Below are positions 33,801 through 46,100 of a stretch of DNA of 64,000 nucleotides, piece after piece. Origin of the DNA: Balanoglossus misakiensis. Lineage: Eukaryota > Animalia > Hemichordata. The translations under genes and the position numbers were made by a program. The notes under the pieces were generated by a model, which worked only from the letters and a program-made list of their open reading frames with translations, had not been told where the DNA came from and searched no databases. The stretch covers positions 7,088,840 through 7,152,839 of the forward strand of contig CM082594.2 of the NCBI GenBank assembly GCA_040954595.2. The letters run 5' to 3'. The stretch's first letter is position 1. Every line of letters begins with the position of its first letter.

Positions 33801-35896
33801 TTGTGGTGGGAGAAGGGATGAGGAACAATTTACGGCTACTTCTCTTACCGTTGATTGATCATCTTCTGTGCAGCCTCTGCGTATCTGTACAACTGCTTCC
33901 GGGCGTCGTTCGGGTGCTTGGGCCGGTACACCTTGACCGGGATGTCGTTGATGATCTCCCGGTACATGGATGGGGAGACTTCCGGGAAGCAGTCGCTCGG
34001 CAGGAGAGGGTCGATGCCCTTGTCCGCCACCTTCCGCTCCAACAGCCAGCGGTTGAAGGACTCCCTGGGCGCATCAATGTCTGGTGGGGGACACAAAGAC
34101 CTCTTAGCACGGTGTAAACAACACACACGCCAAACTGCAGTCGAGTTACAAGTATTGCATGCCAGTATGGATGATGGGCTCACTTGTGTTGGTGACTGAT
34201 ACAATGAAATATGTAGTGTGTTGTGCAGCGACATATACTTCTCGGAAAATAAGACATGATTTAATTTGTGCCTTTTTGCCGACATCTGTTGACACCAGAC
34301 TGACAGGACAACATTAACCCTAACGCTGCCAAGTCAGTATGAACTGGTTTGATTTCCAGGGTGCCTAGTATCCTGGCTCCCAGGCCCGTTAGGCTGCCAA
34401 GTGTGTGTTAATCAGTAGGGCCTATACAAGACCCTCAAACCAAATCAGTACAAACCAGTACGATTTGGTACCAAGTGCCAAGTGTGTCTAAATACGTATG
34501 AGAGCCATGTCAAGACAGTCAAAATACGTTTTAGAAGAAAAAGTGGCAAATACGTGTTTTAAGGGACTTGAGACTCTAAACAGATATGACACCCAGTAGC
34601 ATAAGGGTTAAAGAAACAGACAACTCGAACCACTCACTCTCGCGGGTATTACACAGGTCTTGGTAGTGAACTCGTAGTTTGTTGGTTAAGAGGGCTCTTT
34701 CCAGTTCAATATCGGGATGCGGCGGCAACACCTTGATTGGCTTCCTCTCGAAGATCATGGCGTTGGTATTAAACGTAAAATTCCAATATGGACTGAAAGA
34801 AAGGGTACTAATAAAGTGAATTTGACACTTTCCCAGACACTGGTCTCAGAGTTAAAGAGTGCTGCCTAATAACCAACCCCAAGACAATAGAAATGCATTG
34901 CATTGCTGGGTAAAACAATAGACTCATTATTATCATAACAATTAATGACACTGTTCTGCAAATGACGTGATAACTGTATCAGAAATTCCTGGGGAGAACA
35001 CTGCATTGTTGTGCAAATAAGCCCATAATGTATCAGAAATTGCCAGAGAGAATACGACTTTATTAAATGTTGCTTGCTTAAATCAATACCTTACTAATCC
35101 CGGCCCAGGCCCAGGCGCAGGCGCAGGCTGTACATGCGGTCGCTTCGCCGGAGGTCCCATGGCCGGATCGTCAATACTCTTTCGTTTCACCCCGACAGTT
35201 GCTGGTTTGATCTCCTGACTATTTCGGGACATTCTCACGTCATGCATTGTCCGGACGGGACCACCTACATTGATTCCCAATGGATCATTCTGTAGGTTTG
35301 GGGAAAATGTTCTTAATTAGAGATTACTATACAAAGCTACATACAAAACTTTATGACTTGCACAGATACGTGTTTATGTTTGTGCCTTATTTTGTTTGTG
35401 GTTATTATTATCATTACTGCATTTATTGTCCTAGAGGGATGATCTTCTTACAGCTCAACAGTGGCAGTCACAAGCAAAGACAGAGGAGTGCAAAATGGAC
35501 ACTAAGCCACCGAATGTGTACAAGGGTCTGTAAGCTACAAGTACATCACAGTTTTCTTACTCTGGGAAATACAGGACTCCCAGTCCCAAGCGGCGGCACA
35601 TCCCACAAGGACTGATTCGTATTCTTGTTGAAGTAGTACGGCCTCCTCTCGCGCTTGCTCCAGAACTTCCTCCATCCGGCCTGGAGGAGCTCTTCCGGAA
35701 GGTCGTGCACCGGATCAGGACTGGTCGGCGTCGACGGCTGCGGAGACATCACTGGCTGGGGCGAGGGCGTCATATGTCCCGGGGAGAAGGGCTGGGGCGA
35801 TGGAGTTGTCTGTGTGTACGTGGGTCGGTCCTGAGACTGGCCAGCCGGGTATCCCCGCAGAGGATGCGAAACACTGGACCTGTCACTCGGTTCCAT
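30832..35896 (-). CDS. PCIF1: PCIF1/CAPAM, mRNA cap-adjacent (2'-O-methyladenosine-N6)-methyltransferase, 727 aa. 13 coding exons: 35896-35561, 35289-35090, 34792-34638, 34080-33849, 33623-33521, 33242-33080, 32933-32761, 32560-32474, 32371-32187, 31842-31749, 31624-31524, 31336-31262, 31111-30832
   Basis: N-terminal WW domain ([37 protein letters not shown]), then [32 protein letters not shown]...FECFASPLN and catalytic NPPF (31788-31799), then [11 protein letters not shown] and FLQNDAG..KW.PTPER. Every intron is GT-AG and the phases chain into one open frame of 2184 nt including the stop. Confidence 0.96.
31893..31992 (+). mobile_element. piggyBac-type MITE family A, copy 3 (PCIF1 intron)
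   Basis: ttaaccc...ccatagaaaacaatggatttggactaaaccatggtggtgaaagggttaa. Confidence 0.75.
33408..33500 (+). mobile_element. piggyBac-type MITE family A, copy 4 (PCIF1 intron)
   Basis: ttcacccc...ggtccaact..tagaaaacaatgggattgggttaaaccatagtggtgaaaaggttaa; left end decayed. Confidence 0.65.
34314..34611. mobile_element. Second TTAA-flanked piggyBac-type MITE (~298 bp) in a PCIF1 intron
   Basis: Left end ttaaccctaacgctgc versus reverse complement of the right end ttaacccttatgctac: imperfect TIRs with CCC ends and TTAA on both sides. Confidence 0.55.
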
Positions 35897-36532
35897 GATG
35901 ATATCTATGTGGGAAACTTCTTAAGTTTTATTTCGGAATCACCATTTTTTTCACAGTGGTGAGATATTCCAGGTAAACTGTCTATGGAAGAAGAAGAAAA
36001 GGGAAATGAAAAGTATATAGAAATTAGAGAAGATGTCTGATGCAATTGAAATCAACAGTCCAAGGAGATATACAGGTGACCAAGAGTGAATACTTGCATT
36101 GTAAGTAGGGGGAATACATGCGTCAAAAACGCATACACAATAGTGTACGCTGCAGCTGTGTATGGTGTGGTGTACATTTCAGGACACACAGTTGCGACTT
36201 GGACGCTGGTACGCTACTGTTAAAATTAAGAACTTTTATGGCTTCTGTACCCCTGCAGCCTAGGGTTGCTTCCCTGATTTCGTGACAATACACCCAATGG
36301 CACACTGACTAATCATGATCGCCAGGATTCTATGTGCTGTCAGTCTAACACTTCATGTTTCACTACACGAAATGTGCAACTGAAACACGACTATCAACTG
36401 AACGTTTATTTACAACGCATCGCACTCAAAATATCATTGGTGCAATTTAATGCATGCGGGAATCTAAGCCATGTATGACACCTCTGAAACGGCTTGCGAA
36501 CACATATAGGTCATACCAGACTGTATCCCTAC

Positions 36533-36625
36533 CTCAAAGTCAAGATCAGTTTTTGTTCATTAGCAAAGATGTGAAAATCCAGCAGCGATTCACTCTTCAC
36601 AGCTCAACGCGTCCGCCATGTTTCC
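36533..36625 (-). other. PCIF1: Putative non-coding exon 1 of PCIF1
   Basis: Donor gag|gtaggg at 36532. The next exon has a strong acceptor (cttcttcttccatag|) and starts at 35981. The segment lies in a CpG-rich promoter patch; the 5' end is approximate. Confidence 0.6.
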
Positions 36626-36700
36626 GCAATGCATTGTGGGAATATAAGACGCCGTCCGCTGGTGGCGCTCTTGAAATCGACGCGACAACTTGAAGACGGT
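36610..36700. promoter_or_regulatory. CpG-rich, probably bidirectional promoter with YY1 and ZNF143/Staf sites
   Basis: CCGCCATGTT at 36613-36622 matches YY1. The minus-strand TTCCCACAATGCATTGCGG at 36624-36642 is a near-perfect Staf/ZNF143 SBS. Splice donors point away on both sides (36532 minus, 36767 plus). Confidence 0.65.
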
Positions 36701-36849
36701 CGGCACAATCGCCAAAAAAGGCCAAATTTTCATATTTTCTGAGAAGATATGCAAGGACACGGTCAGGTATGCTATGGGGTATGTTTTTCTTGCCTCTCCT
36801 GGCTTTTACTGCCGTGGCGCAACTCATATTTGTATATTTCCAGAGAGCT

Positions 36850-36941
36850 GTAACAGTTCCACCCCGCCCCCCCTCTGCACAGGTCCAACTGTGCCATAGA
36901 AAACAATAGCCTTGGACCAAACCATGATGATGAAAGGATGA
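36850..36941 (+). mobile_element. piggyBac-type MITE family A, copy 5 (decayed ends)
   Basis: caccccg...aggtccaact..ccatagaaaacaatagccttggaccaaaccatgatgatgaaagg. Confidence 0.6.
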
Positions 36942-38696
36942 CCCCTGGGCGTTGTTACATGTAGTTTGAGGTCATGTCCCATTGTATTTGAGACGGCTAT
37001 AACAATAAGTTTTATCGCGACACTTTCTGATTGGACGAGTGGAACTTCTGACCAATGGAGTGAACACCTGTTATGTCTTGTTCTGCCTGAAAATGACTTT
37101 GTCTCAGTCTGTGGTAAAAGCTCCAAGTTTGCCAAAAAGCTCCCAAATATGGATGTATAAAACAAATTACAGGAACAACTTTATTCAACCAAGAATGTAG
37201 AAGCTACAAAATGTACCTTCATTTGTCAAAGAAACCAAACTTCTGTAAATTTGAAGACTAAGACAGCATTATAAATGTTAGTAATAGTATCCCCTGAATT
37301 TCAAATTTTCAGGGTCAAACACTTGATTTAGATCTAGTGGTAATAGTTGTTTTCTGTGCCCATGTCAAGTCAGCCTTTGTGTGACTTGAACAAAGCAATA
37401 CATTGCTCTGGTATATTTTCTAGCCGAATGCAATTGTTTGATGCACATAAACAAAAATCAAGTGATCAAACTAAGTAAAACAGAATGTCTTGTTTACTTG
37501 CATGAAACTAGATAAAGAAATTTCTTATAACAAATTAAAGGTACTCACATAGACAGAGTATGTCTGGTAAAACATTTGTGGCCCAGTATTTTCCTTTTGT
37601 TGGCTGCCTCAGTTTGCGATGCTGGAGATGAACTTATGGATACTTTCATTATTTACCAAGGTACTAGCCCGGCAGTTTGCTCAGAAGTCAGTTTCCGTTG
37701 AAGCCACGAATAAACCTGCTGCAGTTTACCACAGACTGGTCCACTGGATATGGATCCCTTTGATGTTATGTACTGTAGATAGGCCATCATGTTTTTTCAA
37801 TTGCAACATTGCACACACTTGCTTGATCGCATGCCTATTAAAATCCACAGTTGATGGCCAGGTAATTTCCCATTGTATCCTGCTGTATGTGTTTTGTATG
37901 TTCATTCCAACACCTGGCTGTTGTTGTATTTGGCAACACAACACAAGAAACTGGTGTCCATTTTTTCTCTGGTCTCTTGACTTCTGTGGAAGATTCGGTT
38001 CATTCATGATAAGCATCTTCATAACACACCTTTCATGGCTTTTCACCCAAATGTTTAGATGGCAACTGAATACTTCCTGAAGCATGCAGCACAGTGCAGA
38101 ATGTATCTCAGCTCACTGTTTACACACACCCCTGTGTGCAGCAACATGCAACACCCTGGACACTGCAAGATGGTGCATGTTGTACTGCCCTCACCTGGTA
38201 TGTTTTGGTTTTCCTTTTGTTTGACCAAGTTACAGTGAAACCTGTCCCTTCACTAATGATGACACCTTGTATAAAGCAGAAATGGTTTATCCCAAATTTG
38301 CATAATAAAGGTCACTGAAGTAAACCAAAATGCCCATATTTGGTGCAAATTTGGGAAATAAATGATCAACCAATTTATGGTGAAAACTAATATTTGTTGT
38401 TAAATTGTTTATAGACACATGAACCAGTTATGTTCCCCAAAAACTCCATTTTCCAAAAATGAGAAAAAATACAGAAAGTGAATTTTTACTTTGCTTTTTC
38501 ACATTTCATTTCAGCTTCAAAGCTTCAAAAGAACAGAAAATCAAAGTTTCCCATTTTTGTTTCCTATATAGTAAAAACAGCAGGGAAGTTACTGAAGTGG
38601 ACGTCGACTGCCTTTGTTTTGGAGCAAGACATTACAAATGTGATGCCGCCCTCTATCAGATGAAGGTAAATTACATTTGTTTCTATGGTACATTCA

Positions 38697-38740
38697 CATG
38701 AAAATCCTGCAAGACAAAAATGCCTTGCAGGATTTTCATG
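38697..38740. repeat. Perfect 17-bp inverted repeat with a 10-nt loop
   Basis: catgaaaatcctgcaag-acaaaaatgc-cttgcaggattttcatg. Confidence 0.9.
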
Positions 38741-41199
38741 CGCACACCTTTTTTACACGAAAAAACAAAAGTGTGTGTTCCTATAAATCTTCAAAGAATA
38801 AGTCTTAAAAAACTTGCATGACTCTGGGTTGCCAAAAATAACCATCACTGTCATATGGTTATGTTTCTTGGGTAGGAGAGAATCCAGATTCGCGTGCTTT
38901 TCCCCTATGCTCTATACACACATGAGTCTGGTTTCTAGACTAGAGGAAAGTCAACCCATGCTTGTTAATAATGGGTGAACTGAAGGTATCCAACCGTTTA
39001 TCAGTACATAAACAGGTCACCGAATGTTTTCTGCTTTTGGGGATTTCCTGTGGGACACGTCCGACTTAAAAGCATTTCTCAGTGCACGCTGTCTGACCCT
39101 GAGGGAGACGGACCTCCCCAAAAATGATAAGAACTTCCGCTTGTGGTTTTAGCCACAGGATGTACACACAGATACTGCATTTTCAAAGATGGTACAGTTC
39201 ACCTATTCTCCAGCGCTCTGTGTTCCAGCAATGTCTGGCAAAAAAGTGTGAAACTGAGTTATGATTCCACTGTCCCATTTGAAAGTGAAAGTAAAAATAC
39301 AGAAATGGTGTGGCAGATTTTGAAGGTGAACCAAAATGCCCATATTTTGCGTAATTAGTGCCAGAATATTTTCAGCTGTTGTTTCTTAACATCAACAAAC
39401 ATTCAAAAAAACGGAGAGATTTTGAATAACTCCGATGAATTTAAACCATCCCTGTTATACCAAAGCAAATTTTAATTAAAAAAAATGTCTTACTTTCTTT
39501 TGTTAGGTGTTGTCTATAAAAATGCAACAGGGTTGAAAGTTGAACTGCTTGAACTTTTCAATTGTCTTCGTTGTGCATATGCTGAATGCAAGTATTAGTT
39601 AGAACAGTTAGGCCTTACAACAAGAAGTCATGAATAACAAATAAAAAGAAACTCCTTTATAGTCTCTTCACTTTCTCCCCAGAAAAACAACTTTCTCCAA
39701 TTCATTGGTATCCGCTCATCCTTGCATTACATTATCAGAGACAGTTCGCCGCGAAAAAAGAGTGAGAGGGGAGAGAAAAAAACAGCAGTGTGGTCTCGCA
39801 TACTCAAACAAAAGTGGCTTTGAATTTGATCGTGGTCCTTTGTCGTCCGAAGCATGGAGCACATCAGTGTTTTTGTGGGTGCACCCAGTAGACCGTTGAC
39901 TTTTCCTGTGTCTCGGAAAAGGGGGGCTATAAAGATGTAAGCATGACCTTGTGTTGGTTTCAGCGGATAAAATAAACACTATAGTGCCTGTGTAATCCGC
40001 TCCATTCAAGTCTGGTCACCCAGTCGGTGTGAAATCTGTTTTGCATAACAAGTCGTGGCTTGAATGTGTGGAGTACTTACTAGTATATTTTGTGAAGAGT
40101 CTAATATTTATTATCTACTGGTGTTTTTTTCCACCTGTTTTGAATGTAACACTCAGGGCTGCTATTATCAAGGACCATGTTACGTCCATGCAAGGACCAA
40201 TACTCGATACATACAAACCAATATTACTACCTGTGTTATGGATCGAAACCGATCAAAGGGTTTTGGTGTTAGTGAAAGCATGCTAGTTTTACTGCAGAGA
40301 GTTTGGCGGGCGAATAGGAGTTTGTCATTACTTGCGTCGATAGATAAATCACAAAAACAGACTTCCTTTTGTTGTCAAATTTTCCAAGAAATGTTCAGAG
40401 ACTGGAAGATGCTGCTGCTGGTCGTGTTTTGTTGTTTTTCTTTTGTTTTGTTTTGTGTTTGCGAGTGGGGGGTCTCTGTACAATGAATCAGTGGTGACAT
40501 GACAGGGATGGATCAGAAGGAAAATTTCTTCTTTGTCAACATCAGTAAGAATTAAGCCAACTCAGAAGTGTATTGTGGAAATAAACAGTGGGAATAGAGC
40601 CTTTTTTCAAGACATCAGCAGATGCCTATTCCAGGAGCGCTGGAATTATAGCCTATTAAAGTTTTAAAATTCTCCAGCCGTGACATAGTCGCTAAATTTA
40701 ATGCAAAGCCGCAGCAAAACCTCCAGTAGGAAGCCACCAATTCTTTGCATCAATCGGCACAAGACTATACACATGAGTGAACAGGGGGAGGTTAAACTTA
40801 AAGAACGGGTCCCGTTATCTCGGAATGCATTCAAGGTATTCCGAGAGATTTCCCGATTAATCCTTGACTTAGCCGAATATCAGCTTAGAGCCGCCTGGAA
40901 TGACCAAAATAGAACCCTTCTTCAGTTGTTCCTGAACTGTTGTTAAGTCTTACTAATGGACTGTTAAATACTGGCATTTGCATGAAAATGTAGACCGTGA
41001 AAGAAAGCTGAGCCCCAAGACTGTGGAGTATCTATGCCAGACCGACTTAAACAGGACTAATTTTTTTTTTCTTACTTCTGCGATGAGTCTATTTGCATGT
41101 GTATGGGCGCAGTGCTCAATTAAGGGAGTTAAAGAGTTCTCAGGCCCTCCCCTGTCACAGTTGCGTGGAGGCTTATTTTAAAGTTAACTGTAGTGGCTG

Positions 41200-41326
41200 C
41201 TTACATCATTGGTGGTTTTCCTTTTCTATTGGCGCCATGTGTTTGTATACAGTGCGGTGTCCGAGGAGGGTGTGAGCTCAGCTTACCTGTTGTTGAACCC
41301 CCACGCCACACGTGCAAGAGAAAGCG
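41200..41326 (+). promoter_or_regulatory. Putative promoter and short non-coding first exon of the downstream + strand gene
   Basis: Two ATTGG (CCAAT) boxes near 41208 and 41228, a YY1-like GCGCCATGT, a CACGTG E-box, local CpG enrichment, and a consensus donor CGG|GTAAGT at 41327. Confidence 0.4.
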
Positions 41327-43180
41327 GGTAAGTGAACTATTGCCGGCATTCGGTGCTTGTTTCGAGTGAAATCGTTCTTTCTCTGGAGTGTTTTTGCGAA
41401 ATTCTGGCGGGAGAGGGTTGAGGGAGGGCTGACTTGTTTTGTCGAGGTTTTTTTGTCTGCTGCTTTGTGGAGCTTCTCTCTGTGTATAAGCTCACTGGTA
41501 GTTTGTTTGTTGTAAACCAACTGTTGTGTTTGAGCTGCTAAAGCAAACTCGGCAGAGAATGGGCTGCAAACAACGGAAAAATGTTGAGTGTTTAGATAGC
41601 GGGACTCCGGTGAACAGTTAAATATCGCTGAAGAGCGGAGATAAAAGGCTGGAGAAGGGGGAGAGCTGATGATATGCTCATTCATGGACAAGTGTGAATT
41701 TTGACGGGTATCGGTGACAGAGTGTGAAAGCGCAGGGAACTTTGCAGTGTTCATCCTCTTTTTCTGCAACATCTCGGCTAATTTGATCGCGGCTAAGGTC
41801 CTTAATGTTTGTCATACGTGAATACGTAAGATTTACCATTCCCAACAAGCAAGATGTCCAGGAGCTTTGCTTTTACAGAGGTGCAAATCCACACGTTCTT
41901 CGCATGGATGCGTCCGCAATAAAAGGCGCATTTACGGCGATGAATGTTACAGACAGGCTATATTATTGTCTGGTGGTGGTGGCGTAATGTTACGTTTTTG
42001 GTAACCTCAAAGGATGAACCCTGCTTATGTCTGCGTGTAGGTGGGAAAGAAAGAACTGATTTGGGATTTTGATTGAACTTGTGCGGTGAAAATAACATAT
42101 GCCGAAATCCATGAAGCTTCTTGTGAATGCCAATCCCCAACTGGCGCCAGAAAATGCAGTAAACTCGACACTAGCCTAAAACTGTCACTTTTTAAATGAA
42201 CTGCAGAAATTGTTTGGTTTGCAGAAGTAATCTTCAGTCTGATTAAGTTAGGATTTCATGAGACTCCTCGATAACAGTTCTGAAGAGAACAGTTTCTAGT
42301 TCATCCCGGACTTCGTTAGTAGACTTATTGGTTGTCAGGGCCACTGTTGTGAGTTCAATGATGTCATTACACGTCCTGTCATTCATCTCAAATCTGATTC
42401 TATAGCCAGCTTTCTCCAGAGGGGAGGGGACAATTGCACAATGGCCCCAGATGAGAATTAAGCAATAAAAGTGAACAGATTTTAGTAGTCAGTTAGGACC
42501 AATAAAGCGTAATCAGTAATGTCACACTCCATGTACGACAATCAATTGGCCGGGAGTTTATGAAAAACACGGCCCTCATTTCCTCAGTGCTTAATACTAC
42601 ATGCTATTTTGGACCGGTTTGGGCTTTTCAAGTGTACATCAGTGCTCTATTGGGAAATCACGCTGGATTGTGCACCAGCTTAAATGAATCGGCCCCCGCC
42701 GTCATTATCCCGCACTGTTTTAGCCCACCACAATAGACCCAGTGGTAACTTTACACCAGCGGAGGTGATCCCTATACCCGTACACAATGCTGGCCTTTGT
42801 CAAAGTGGATCGCTTTGTAGTTTTGAGAGGAGCCTGTTGAATGGGATGGGGGTGTCTCTGTTGCACGAATGGGGGGAGCATTGGCAGAGAACCCTGAATT
42901 GTGTAACTTGTGGATTATCACTGACCCTCCCCTTTCGTCGCTTGTACAAAAAAATCCCCCAGTTTCCGATCTTAATTAATTTCCATTGTAGCTTCACAAC
43001 CTGTTACCTTTACTACTAATAACTAACTTTCAGCAAAAAGTTGACAGCTTTTTTGTTCTTGTCACCCACAACGAAGAAGATGATTGAGACTTTACTGTAC
43101 ACACACCATATGTATTTCATACCGCATACTGTACTTTATCCAATTTACAAAATACAATTATCTTATAAAAGTTTTAGAGT

Positions 43181-43194
43181 GCTCCCCCTGGAGG
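43181..43194 (-). promoter_or_regulatory. Candidate CTCF site (CCTCCAGGGGGAGC)
   Basis: Close match to the CTCF core consensus; motif match only. Confidence 0.4.
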
Positions 43195-46100
43195 CAGGTT
43201 GTACAATTCCAACAGAAAGTGTGCATAAACACAAAAGCCACAACTAAACACAATGTCCATTAGAACTTTCTTGGGCAAATATTTACAGCGAGGAGACCCA
43301 CCCCCACCCCACCCCCTCAACTGGACACTCCAAGAGTAAACATTTCTCAATTAAAAAAAAAATTTTTGCTATGGGTGGCTTTTCATGGAGGGACACTGTC
43401 AAGGGCTTTGTGTCCCCGGTGGTGATTTCATTACCCACTGCAGCTCAAGAGGGCAATCTCCCAACATTTATTTTGTAACCAGTCTTTGTTTATTGTGGAT
43501 AACATGAACCGTAACCCAGCTCTCGGACTGAAAGCTGGCCTCTCTTTGCGGCGGGCGAGCTCATTTTACTCCAAACAAGTTCTTGTTTTACTCCCGAGGA
43601 GAGACAAAGGTTTAGTGTTACTTATTGCAAGTATTACCCTTCCTTTGTTTACTTCTTTTAAATCCATCCTTGGATGCGGTCACCATGTGTTCCTTCGGCA
43701 GATACTGATATTCTATTTACACACTCTTTCTTTTTTTCTTCGCTTAACTTCTGCATCTGAAAGTTTTGCACCAATCAATCAGAGAGAACAGGCATAGTAC
43801 AGCAAGCTTATGTTTAAGTGCTTGATTCCTGTCTTGTTTAGAATAGTGGTGATAAAAAGCAAGACTGTTTTAAAATTTGTATAGCAAAACAGTAATGTTT
43901 GATAAATCTAAAAATACATGAAAATCATCATAGTTATGATTTTAGACTCACAGGCTACAACATTAAGTGTACAAATTTTGGTTTGACATCATTCACATAA
44001 TCATCCCTGTGGTCGGTGGGTTAATTCAGTCTCACCACTGCAAAACAATTGGTTTTGGAACCAAGCTGTGAAAGCCCGTACCTCATGCAGGTCTCTTTGT
44101 TGTGACATTGAAAGGTCATCTCATGGTCAACCGCTTGACGCACAGGCGAGAGAAACTCGGCGCTTGTGACGGCTGAGTAGAACAAAGCTGTGATTGTGAA
44201 AACTTTTGGATTCTTGCTACGTGTAAAACTCAAATTGCAAAAAGTGTTGAGAACCCAAGTGGTGAAATTACAGTCAGTTGTTGTTGTTGTTTTGTCAAAC
44301 TTTACATTGAAATAGTATTTGGTGCCGACTGTTCCTTCCGACAATGAGCTTTCTGATACCCTATATATTTGGCTGAATCAGTCCACGGCCTATATGCAGA
44401 GCTTCTATGAGTCTTTTAAAATGATACTGATGAACGTATAGTTTTAGATTAGTAAGTATATAGTTGAACAACTCAAAATTTGAAACTGAAGTTGATAGTA
44501 AAACTTGTGAAGAAGCTAGATTTTTAATGAATGATAATCCATCATAAGACCGCATAGGTGCGTATGTGATTATTGTCTTGTTGGGTACCCTAGCTCTGTT
44601 CCTTCCCCTCAACACTTCATGAAATGAAATGCATCACTGGTGTAGTAATTGGCTAGCCGGCAGGCTGGCTGGCTCGTGTCTGGGTGAAACATTATAGCAC
44701 GGGTCGGTATACCTTGGCAGCAGTTTAGGGGTCTTTATTACGGCAATCAAAATGTTGCCAAGTAGGGTGTGACAAAGTGGGCCGCGTGGGCAGGGTAAAA
44801 TATCGCTCTCCCTCTCTCACTTGAGAAAGAACAACGGGGCAAAGGAAAGGAAAACCGAGAGAGTTTATGAAGCAAACATCGCTGCTTTCATCGATTGTGC
44901 TCAGAATCGGTGCGTTGCACAGCTCTGTTCTGTTGCAAAATAAAACGTTCAATCCAGTATTAAACAGGTAGCCATAAAGGAGAAAACTGGTATATATAAT
45001 ATTGTGGATTCTGTTGTATACCTGTGGATATACAATCAGTTAGGTTAAGACTTTTCCAGCAACTATTGGCGAAGGCTGTTCTATAAAACATGCAAGAGGA
45101 AAAAGCCCTAAAAGTAAAACTTTCAGTAAAAGTCAGTAAAAGTTGAATCATGGGAAAGTACAAAACCCATGATTCTAGCAATGTCTCTATTAACACACAG
45201 TCAAGATGTGTTGTTTCCATACAGCGACTTTGTTGTGAAGCCCTACAAGTGATACTTGTAGTAGCTTGTTGCGGAAAATAACCTTTCTTGGCTGATCAAG
45301 CGGAGAAGAGAAAGTGATAACAGCTAGCCTGTCAAACGTACTGGTTCTCCCCTTTTAACGGGATAATATAGTCACTACTCATTTCACGCACACCCAAAAC
45401 TCATCCCACGCATGACAGCGTTATCATTCTTTTCCATCCTCCATTGAACACACCTGTGGTATATGGATTAAATTGACTACTCTCCGATCCATCAAAGCAC
45501 ACCAGTATGTAACAAAGTTCTCTGTCTTTATGAAAAAAATCAAAGAGAGTGTATGTGAAATAAGATTGGGATTTTGGCTTAAATTGTAAATGCTCTTGGA
45601 AAGTCTGGCTTCATCAACAGAAATGGCAAAATACATATAAAAAGAATATTCAAGGTTGACATCTTTTTTGGCAAAAAGTGAAATGTTTGGTGACAAGCTA
45701 AATTGCAATTATGCTTGCTGCAGACCTCCCATACACTTTTTTGGCCAAAAGTGAAATTAAAATTCCAGTTTATTGAAATATAGTTCAGTTCTTTGAACCA
45801 AGAGTTTTGGTGGTGAAATTTTGCTTGGATGAGAAAGAAAATTAAGGAAAGATTTAGACTGATTTTGTGTAGTTTGTGGCAGTATTACATGAAACTGAAT
45901 TCAAACATCCTTTGGTGTTTTCACAGCCCCCTGCGTAAACACAAAGCTATTCTTACCGACCACAGAGAATCTGGGTGATTGATTCTTATGATTTGATACC
46001 TCTCATTGTTTAGTATGAGTTACAAGTTTTCAAACACCGCCTTGGTTTATTGCCACACAGAGCAGCGCATTGTTTACGTCAAGTGAGACGTAACACAGGA

